From the human T2T-CHM13v2.0 reference genome, Homo sapiens: DNA of 64,000 nucleotides. This document shows, one piece after another, positions 14,346 through 23,992 of the stretch. The stretch lies in the NCBI RefSeq assembly GCF_009914755.1, contig NC_060941.1. One strand, 5' to 3'. Under the pieces are notes generated by a model that ran no database searches, was not told where the DNA came from, and was given only the letters and a program-made list of their open reading frames with translations. The position numbers and the translations under genes were made by a program. The number at the start of each line of letters is the position of its first letter. Position 1 is the first letter of the stretch.

Positions 14346-15764
14346 TAGAAGGACAAGAGTGAAGTCTGCGTTTTCTTTCTAATCAAATTCTGTTAGTCTG
14401 TGACCATGTATATTCTGAATATCAAATAGGAAGCCATGGGAATGAAAGTTTTCTTATTTTCTTCCTTTAACAAAACATTTGAATTGTATGCCTAAATACC
14501 TTCATAGAAAGATACAAATTCCCTTGAATCCAACTACAATTAGACTTTTAACTTTTAATTTTTCTGTTAGTGTCATGAGTATATGATAAGAATATCATAA
14601 GGAACTAGAATAAAATCAGGTATAAAGCATAGATTGGGATTAAATTGAGCTGGTTGATCATAGTTCACATGTACAGGCTAAAATTTAAGCAGTATAAGGT
14701 ACTCATGAATACCCTAGATTTCAGGTCTTTGTGTTATGTAAAATACACATGTTCCTAAATGTGTCTATACATAAAATTTATTTCTATAAAATTGTTTTCC
14801 TTTTCTCATCGACATGTTTAAATAAGTGTCTCAAAAATAATAAAAGTAAGCTTGAGGGTGTTTAATAAGTAGGTGTTCAAAACACAACTCACATAGTATT
14901 AAGAATTAGCTAACAGATCACAAATGAAAAGTAGTTGAGACTCTTGGTTTTTAATTTGCTTTAAGAACTAAATTTCTGACTTTGTAAAAGCAATCTGAGG
15001 TTTGTAGTACAAAATGATATATGAGTAGCAGTGTCCTGCTAAAATATTTATTAAGAAACAAAGATGAAAATATGAAACACTGAAAATTAAGATGACTTAA
15101 CTCCCTATAGGATCTGATAATGGATACTAATAGTAACACAGCCAGAATAAGGAAAATTTTTACCCAGGGATTCTTTTATAGCAGAGACTTCATCCCTTTT
15201 CATGTTCATTTCTTCTCCTGCCCACACTGGTAACTACCAGAAAAAAACTGGGGAGAGATGGGAAGAGGGAGGATGCTGATGAATTTTATCTGGGAAGTGT
15301 CATTATGAGTGAAGTGTACTAGGTGGAAGTAGAGAAGGATTGTAGTAACAGTATAGTGCTGCCCAGTATAGACTTAGGATTGTATTTTTATATTGCTGTT
15401 ATCAGTCCAGAATACAGTATTAGAGACCAAGAAAATTGGAGAGAGGAGAATTTACCATGGGAGCAGTGAGTGCTCTGATTTGTAATATACTAAGCCTTAG
15501 ATATCTCAAATCTGCCTTTGAACCATAGGCATGTAATGGGCAAATCCGTATCAGACAAGTAGAGTGCAGCCCAAGGATAATCTTCTTTTTCTTTCTCTCC
15601 TTCTCTCAGCAGTTTTATTGAGGTATAATTGGCATAGAATAAACTGTACATATTTAAAGCGTATAATTTGCTAGGTTTTGACATATGTGTACATCTGTGA
15701 TGCCATCACCATAGTCAAGTTAACATATCCGTCATTCCCAGAATTTCTTCCTTCTCGTTGTAGA

Positions 15765-16066
15765 TTTTTTTTTTTTTTTTTTTCTGAGACGGAGTCTCGT
15801 ACTGTTGCCTGGGCTGGAGTGCAGTGGCGTGATCTCGGCTCACTGGGAACCTCTGCCTCCCGGGTTGAAGAGATTCTACTGCCTCAGCCTCCCAAGTAGC
15901 TGGGATTACAGGTGCCCACCACCACGCCCAGCTAATTTTTGTATTTTTAGTAGAGACGGGGGTTCACCATGTTGGCCAAGCTGAGCTCAAACTCCCGACC
16001 TCGTGATTCGCCCACCTCGGCCTCCCAAAGTGCGGGGACTACAGGTGTGAGCCACTGTGCCTGGCC
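15765..16066 (-). mobile_element. AluS with TSD TCTCGTTGTAG, within old L1 sequence (~15600-17010)
   Basis: Full dimer; direct repeat on both sides. Confidence 0.94.
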
Positions 16067-18271
16067 TCTCGTTGTAGTTTTTGTGTTTAGACATTTGATT
16101 TGGTTATTTTTTCTGTCTTCCACGTCTATATTTAACATACTCTATCCATCCTTTCGTTTTTTTAATATATGGAACGTGGTAAATGTTTCATTGTCTTTAT
16201 TCTAGTATTTTTGTCATTTCTGGTCAGTTGCAATTGATTGATGTTTTTCTCTTCACTATGGGTCATGTTTTTCTGCTTTTTTGTATACTGTGGTAATTTT
16301 AGATTGCATCCCAGAGATTATTGTGTGATGGCTGTTTTTGTATTTTCATGAATGTTTTTGAGTTTTGTTCTTTGGTTAAGTTACTTGGAGATAGTTTGAT
16401 CCTTTCAGGTCTTGCTTTTTAGCTTTCGCAGATGAGACTACTCTAGAGCTAATTTTGCCTTACTAGTAAGGTAAAATCCTTCTAACTACTTTATTGGTTT
16501 CCAATCAGGAAGCTTTCCACTCCAGTGGCTAAGAATAGGAGCTGCCTTGTATGAGCCTGGGTATCATGCCTTCTTAATCCTTTTAGGTGGCTTATTCTTC
16601 AGGCTTGTATAGGTTCCTCACAATCATCCACTGATCAAGGAGGGCCCTCTGCATATCGGTGGGGTTCTCTTTCTGTGTAGCTGTCTCTTATCCTGTACTC
16701 TGCCATGTGAACTTTGGCTACCTTGGTCTCCCTAGATTCCCAGATCCTTGTCCGCAACTCAAGGTTACTGCCAGGATCTTCCTGGATCCCCGCTCCCTGT
16801 ATCACAGTTGGTGAACTCTTCAGCAGTAAGCTGGGGACACTTGTAGGGCTCACCTTACATATTTCCGGTCTTTCAGTGTCTGCTGCCCTTTGTTTCCTGA
16901 TGATTTCCAGTGTCTTCCAGATTGCCTATATATTCTGTCTGTTTTTTTCAGTTGTTTTAGGTATGAGGGTAAGTCTGTCTCCTGATACTTCATAGTAGGA
17001 CAAGTGGAGGTGCCACATTGACACTCACTGTGAGATGGAAACAGGAATTGTGGAACTAGGGAATAATATCTTGAAGACTTTGAGAAAGAGCATCTCCAAA
17101 CAAGATATCTTGCAGGATTCAAAATAGTTTCTTACAATAGTGACTGACATTGTTAATACAGTGAAAGAAGTCATGGCGTTTATAAAAATGGATTGGAAAA
17201 ATCTCGAGGAGAGAACAGACTGGATGGATACGCAACAAGATTATAGAAAGGGGGCAGATGAGGAAAAGACATAACTAGGGACCTGAAAAGCAGTGGTAGA
17301 GTGAAATCCCTTTTGATGCAATTGTGAATATAAATGATACTGCATGACAGCAAAAGAAAAGAATTTGAGGGCAGTCATTGATTTGAAAGCATACAAATTA
17401 CTGAATTTTTTAAAAATGTAAATTCATAAACACAAGGGAAGGTAAACAACAAACTGGGAAAATATTTGCAATGCAGGACAAGGGTTGATGGTGTTAATAG
17501 GTAAGGAACTTGTTAGTAGAAGCAGCGATAACAAAACAAACACCTGGGCCAGGAAGGCTCAGGGGCGCTATCTCAGGCAGTTAATAATAATACAAAAAAG
17601 ACATATTTGTTCACCAGATAGCTTAAGAATGTTCAACTCTAGCAGTTGAAAAGAATGATCTAACCCTAACACCTTTCAAATTGGCATGAGGAAAAAGGTG
17701 CTGTTGACTAGGTACAGTGGGCACCTTTTGGCTGATAGTACTCCTAAATCAGTGCAGACTTGGTACACAGCCATTCCAGTAGTGATAACCAATTATTTAA
17801 TGACTGTGTTAAAATATATTAAGTGAAATCTATAAGCAGTAGGTATAATATGCTGTTTTTGCAACCTATTCCCATAGTATACAAAGATACAAAATAATAT
17901 GTACTAAATTGTTAATAGTGGTTTTTTTCTGGATTATGATTGATTTTTCCATTTTCCTTTTTATCTTCTACCTTTGTAGCTTTAGGAGGGATTTTAGATT
18001 CGGTGTCTGGTTGGAAAAAGAGGTTCAAGTACTGGTACTGCTGCTGAATTTGCACAGCAAACACACTGCATCTAATAGAGGGTGGGAGTGAAGGTGGAGG
18101 ATGTGGCTAGAGCTGTTCTAATAACCCTACTTGACTGGCCACTGTGTTTCTTTACAAAACAAGGCCACCTGCCTATATATGAAGTTCCAGGCAGCTTTAT
18201 TAGACATTGTATAGAAATACAGCTTTTCTCAGTGTCCAGTCTGATTAATGTTCTGGGACATTATGTCACAG

Positions 18272-18275
<4 letters not shown>

Positions 18276-18320
<45 letters not shown>
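18276..18320. repeat. (TG)22 microsatellite
   Basis: Direct reading. Confidence 0.95.
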
Positions 18321-18323
<3 letters not shown>

Positions 18324-19094
18324 AGTCTGTAGGATTTCAGAAATTTCAGACTAGTAGATTAGTCTGGGTCAATGAAGGGACAACAACTAAAATACAGTAG
18401 TGTTAATTCAGTATTAAATTTAAGTTAACAGATATATTTGTCATTTCTATCCAGAAGATAAATTAATAATCGGGAAGGACTTCACTGCAAACATGTAGCC
18501 TCAAAAAATTAGTTTTCAGATTTTAATCTAACAAGATAAATCTCTGATATCAAAATATAATTTCTGTACATTGAGTTGTACTTTTAATAAGGCCTGTATT
18601 ATATGAATTCATGCCCTATATTAAGTATTCTATCTATAATCTTGCATGTTTCGCAAAAGTTAGGACCATTCATATTTCACTTCTTTTGAATGTCTGTAAC
18701 ACCTGTGGCAGTTTTTCCTGGGTGTATGTGCATGTGTTTTCTCTAGAATGTGGAACTGTTAAGTCTCTGGGAACCAAGAATTATTAGATGTGGAATAGTA
18801 AGGCACTGAAATCAGGGACACCAGAGTTACGGATTTTTTGTGTGTTTGTATTTTGTGTGTGTGTGTGTGTATTTTTTGTGTGTGTATCTTAATCAAATTG
18901 TATTGCTTTATTCATGTGTTTTTTGCAGGGTACTGTGGTATGGACTAGAGAACTTGGAATGACTTATGAAGAAACCTTGGAATGACACATGAAGGATGAT
19001 AGGAAAGTCATTCTGAGGCAGGATGCTTTACTGAATTGTTTTTAACCAGGGTATCAAACATCAGGAATGAGTTCAGGAGAACGGAAACATCTTA

Positions 19095-19164
19095 GGTGCT
19101 CTGCATGTTCAGAGAAACTTCTCTAGTAATGAACTATAGAAATGACCCCTGAAAGTATAGTCTT
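19095..19164 (-). pseudogene. 3'-truncated U3 snoRNA pseudogene (nt 1-70)
   Basis: Reverse complement reads AAGACTATACTTTCAGGGGTCATTTCTATAGTTCATTACTAGAGAAGTTTCTCTGAACATGCAGAGCACC, the U3 5' end with a few substitutions; no box B/C/D portion. Confidence 0.93.
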
Positions 19165-19373
19165 AGAGTTAAGATTCTATTCAAGGAAATACTTTTGGCC
19201 TGTTGCTGGAACTGCTCTGTGGATTTGGAGACAGTTAGCATCATTGGCCCCCAGCCACTAAATGCTGCTTGCACTTCCCAGTGATTGGGATGACCAAACT
19301 GCTGCTGATGCTGGAGGTGTCCGGGCACTACCTCCTTTGAGAATCCCTGGGAAATAAAATAATGCTAGGGGCT

Positions 19374-20227
19374 GTATTAATTAAAATTAAGTTTGTTTGC
19401 ATCTAAACAACAACAAGGATAGGAACAAATAGTGGCTTAAACCAGATAGTTTATTTCACTTTTCCATAGAAAAGTCCGGAGATAAGCAGGCTAGGGTTGG
19501 TGTAGTAGCTTCACTGTTATTGGAGTCAATGCTATTTTCTGCTCCATCATTCTCAGGACATTATTTCAGTTCTGCAGGGCATTGAGTGTGGCTGGAGCTC
19601 TAGTCATTACCTACATTCCAGGCAACAAGAAGGAGGTTGGAGGAAAAGAAAAAGAGTCTTTTTTCCAACTGAGTTAGCTCCTTTTAAGTACTGTGTTCCT
19701 ATTTTCCACCTCTAACTGCAAGGAATGTTGGTGACTTAGCTTGGCCTGCAAAATACTACATACTAGGTGGCTTAAACAACATAATTTATTTCTCACAATT
19801 CTCGAGACTGGAGAGTCCAAGATTAAGGTGCTGGCAAGGTAGGTTTTAACCTGAGGCGTCCTGCCTTGGTTTATAGGTGGCCACCTCTCACTCTGAGCTC
19901 AAGTGACCTCTTGTGCATATGAGAAGAGAGTGAACTCTGTGGTCTCTCTTCTTGTAAGGACACTAATCCCAGTGGATTAGGGCCCCACCCTTCATTAACC
20001 TTCATTGAACCTTCATTATCTTCTTATAGGCCCTGTCTTCAGTACAGTCACATTTGGGGTTAGGGCCTTAACATGTGGATTTTGAGAGGAAACACAGTTC
20101 AGTTCATAGTAGTTGGGAAATGTAGCCTTTTAGCTGGGTGCATTGCTGCCACACATAAATGAGGATCCTGTTAGGGAGGATGAAGAGGAGAATGGATGTT
20201 GGGTGACAGCTGATAGTTACTGCCACA
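19374..20227. mobile_element. Old MaLR LTR (MLT1J-like) with a nested MLT1A-like LTR at 19732-20111
   Basis: Host: agtggcttaaac...cattccaggca...ctaactgcaagg|gggaaatgtagccttttagctggg...gccaca; inner LTR flanked by 5-bp TSD GTTGG (19727-19731, 20112-20116). Confidence 0.82.
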
Positions 20228-20374
20228 GCGGCTGTTGTCTGAGTTTCCCAGGTTGGTAATGAGAACCTTGGGGTTGGAACCTTATGTAGTGTTCATTGGA
20301 GGCAGGTAAGGGTGATCTGTATAAAATAATGCACAGAAAATTATGAAGGGAAAGATGAGGGATATTTAGGAATT

Positions 20375-20528
20375 ATTTTTATTTTGGGGGGTACATGGTG
20401 TATATATTTATGGAGTATGTGAGATGTTTTGATATGGGCATGCAATGTGTAATAATCACATCGTGGGAAATTGGGTGTCCATCTTCTCAAGCACTTTTCC
20501 TTTGTGTTACAAACAATCCAATTGTACT
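20375..20528 (-). mobile_element. L1MA-type 3' end fragment
   Basis: gtgagatgttttgatatgggcatgcaatgtgtaataatcacatc...tgtgttacaaacaatccaatt. Confidence 0.75.
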
Positions 20529-21419
20529 AGGAATTATTTTTGATAAAATATAGTCCCCATTCTGAAGAAAGTGATATCCCAAGGAAAAGTCAGGGAACTT
20601 TTTTTTTCTTTAAGAGTATAATTGTAGGCAAATATTTATCAACAAGTAAGGGCAACTTTACATCTTTATTGGTTTGTATTTTTCACCAATCTTCTCATTG
20701 GGTGTGTTTTCTACTGTTTATGTTCTTTCTTTCCTAGGCCTCTTACGTAGTTTAGGACAGAAATTGATTGACTCCAGAGTTTAATGGAAAGGTTCTGGTC
20801 CAGTTCCTGTATCTAGTCAGTCCAGTGCTGTATCTGTGTATAGTCCTGTGGAAGCCATTGTGGTTGTACCTACTGTTAAAGCAATTGCTGTGAAATGGAC
20901 TCAGTTTTGCTGGAAAGATCGCTAGCCCAGTATAAAGACGAATGTATGAACATGCCTTGGTGATGTCATAACTGTGGCATGTTTTTCTGTGGTTTTTACA
21001 GCACTTTTTCTTTCTAAATGAGAAACTTGGAACTCTGGGTAGGAATCACATTCTCCTCTTTTAGCAGCTTTGCTGAGATGTAATTCACATATTCTGCAGT
21101 TACACATTTAAAGTGTATAGTTCATTTGCTTTTAGTATATTTAGTATATTTACAGAATTGTGCATCTGACACCTTATTCAGTTTTTGGATATTAGCCCAA
21201 GTAGGTACCCTGTATCACTTCGCTTTCAACTTATTCAGTTTTAAAAAGAAACTACAGTGAGCTAAACTATTAGTAGAGATATTCCATAATACTAAAATTT
21301 GATCTTTAAAATAAGACATAATATTGTAACTGTTTTCATTCTGTAATTTCTATATAGTAATGAAATATCTTTCATTTCAGTTCTCAAGAATGCTAGCATA
21401 AGTATTATATAGCAATGTA

Positions 21420-21571
21420 GTCATGAGAGTCATATTATATCATCTTTACCATATTCTCTTGGTTAGAGGTAAGTCACAGGTCCCACTCACACCCAAAGAA
21501 ATATGCCTACACAAAAATACGAACACTAAGAAGGTGGGGATCATGAGGACTTCCTGGAGCCTGTCTGCCAC
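21420..21571. mobile_element. MLT1H-like LTR fragment
   Basis: ccatattctcttggttagag..aagtcacaggtcccactcacacccaa...ctgccaca. Confidence 0.65.
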
Positions 21572-22727
21572 AGCCCTTCAATTAGCGAACACTGTAAAAA
21601 ATTTTGCTTCTGATTTACAAGTAATTTTAATTAACTTTTTTTCAGCTTCCCTCAGTGGTAGATTGGTGCTGTATATTTCACCAGTGATTTTGCCATTGAG
21701 ATAGTATTTACTTGCCAAAGATTATAGAACAATAATCATTATACATGGAACTTCTTCATGTTAGAACTTTTTTCAGGCTTAATCTGTCTACTTCATGAAA
21801 AAGATTACCAAGAAGAGTTTCCTATTTTTGCCTAGACCTGATTTCCATCTTAAAAGATCAGTTCCAGCTTCATCTTCACCTAAATGGTCACTTATGCCAC
21901 TGATTTCCGGGCTTCTTGTGATTCTGGATGCTAGAGTATCAAATAATATGGGTGAAAGGACTTTGAACTGAAAAGCACTTGTATGAATGAAAGCTTATCA
22001 CTTAGTATGATTTGAAAGTCTGTTATTTGGAACACTGATTTAGTAAATTGTTATTTAGACCAAGTGTATGAATCTTTGAAGTGTAACTTTGAACCTTAAT
22101 ATTAGTACATACGATTATTCTCAGAGTGGGGGTAGATTTTAAAGTTCTAAGTTTTTTGGGAACCTTAAAGGTTGCTACAGAAAACCATTCTACTAATTGG
22201 AGAAAACTTTCCTAAATTTTGGAAGAAGAAAAATAATGACCAAGCACATAAACTTTGCTTGTTTGCATCATAGGATCAGAGTTTAAAAGAGATCCTGATC
22301 ATTTAGTATGAAACTGAAAAATGTAGTTGATATTTAATGAATTCTTTCATTGTGTGTATGGTTGATAGTTTGTTCCTACACATTGGGGTTTGGTGTGTGT
22401 GTGAGAGAGAGCAAGAGAGAGAAACAGATTGATTTTACATTTTTCATTGGATTTACTTTTTTACAAAGCATGGTTAGAAGTTATTAATACTTTGATCTCC
22501 AGGTTGAGATTTTGGAGATGATTTTTTATTTAATGGAAATATGTAATGAGTGAGCTCTTTTGTCTACGAGCCACTCATTTTTTATCCCATTGCTTTATCG
22601 AACGAGGGCTGAAAATTTCAATTTTGAATAGCACATGGCAATTTTCCTCTTAGAGCCAGCTAGCTATTCAGTTAACTGTTCTCCCACCTCAGGATGGTAT
22701 TAACAAGAACAGGACAGTATACTAAGG

Positions 22728-22899
22728 CACTAGTTCCCAAACATTACTGGAATCATCTGGGGGTCTTTAAAAATACTGTTTTCTGACTCCTGTCCCTGGA
22801 TAATTCAGATGTAATTGCTATGGGACGATACCTGGGCATTGAGATTTTTAAAATCTCCCCCAGGTGATTGTAAGGTACAGCAAACCTTGGGAATAGTTG
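22728..22899. mobile_element. MER5-family MITE
   Basis: ggaatcatctgggggtctttaaaaatac...cctgggcattgagatttttaaaatctcccc caggtgatt. Confidence 0.75.
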
Positions 22900-23351
22900 T
22901 ACTAACTGAACATTGAGGCACTGGAATAACTAATGTTGGGTAAGATAGGGTAAGAACTTTTTCGCAATAAGGTTTGCAGCTCTTGGGATTCTCACTTGAT
23001 AATGCTGTTTGGATAAACCATCATCCAAGTTTGAATAAGATCTTATATTTAGAAATGAAAACTGATCTGCAGAATTAGTTTAATCAATAAATGGGAATTT
23101 TTAAAAATCTTCTTGGCAATTTGTTTTTATGAATCCCGTTGAAGCTGTGTCTATTGACTACCTAAATCTAGATCATTCTTAATCCAGTGTGTAAAAAACC
23201 AGGATGACACAAATGAAAAACTTCAAAAACCTGGAGGTCAGACTATTTTAGTAATTTAGAAAACATTTTTCCCACACATTAATCAGTACTAAAAGAAAAA
23301 AGTTAAAACCTATTTAAAATGTGGAAAAATTGCTTCCCAATATTTTAACAG

Positions 23352-23526
23352 AGAGAGACTGAGAACACACAGCATTGAGTCATCAGGAAAACTGAAGATC
23401 TCCCCTGAACAACACTGGGATTTCACTGCAGAGGACTTGAAAGACCTTGGAGAAATTGGACGAGGAGCTTATGGTTCTGTCAACAAAATGGTCCACAAAC
23501 CAAGTGGGCAAATAATGGCAGTTAAA
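23352..23526 (+). CDS. MAP2K4: MAP2K4 coding exon 3 (175 nt; last base of I73, then E74-K131)
   Basis: ttaacag|A GAG AGA CTG...GTT AAA|gtaggt; translates ERLRTHSIESSGKLKISPEQHWDFTAEDLKDLGEIGRGAYGSVNKMVHKPSGQIMAVK, the MKK4 sequence with GxGxxG loop and VAxK-type lysine. Exon number from recalled gene structure. Confidence 0.98.
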
Positions 23527-23894
23527 GTAGGTGATGCCATGATTATTTTTGGTACTTTAATCCATTAGGTGAAATTTCATGGTGCAGTAATACCACTGTT
23601 GTTGTGTTCCTACTTTTGTGGTAAATGTGGGTGTTTAAAAAATTGTTTCTCCAACTCCTTTGAGGGTGTTCTGTGTAGAGGTTTCTTATTGGTGGCACAT
23701 TTTCTATCTCTTTGGAAACATGAGTGTATGAAGTGTGCATGTTGATTGCATTTTTGGCATGATGCATTAACATGTTTTAAACTTCAGGCCCTTCTACTGC
23801 CAAGGTGAGTTCAGGCTGGGCGGCTGCACCCCTGGGAGCAGGGCAGTGCTGCACTGAGCCAGGCGGGAGCTGGAAGAAGACGCAGCACACTGGG

Positions 23895-23992
23895 TTGGGC
23901 AAGGTGCGGGGCTAGGGCTAACAGCAGTCTTACTGAAGGTTTCCTGGAAACCACGCACATGCTGTTGCCACTAACCTCAACCTTACTCGGTC
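23895..23992 (+). ncRNA. MIR744: pre-miR-744 stem-loop (5p 23905-23926, 3p 23962-23983), in MAP2K4 intron 3
   Basis: Contains TGCGGGGCTAGGGCTAACAGCA and CTGTTGCCACTAACCTCAACCT, the mature miR-744-5p/3p sequences as I recall them; the arms are complementary; known MAP2K4-hosted miRNA. Confidence 0.97.
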
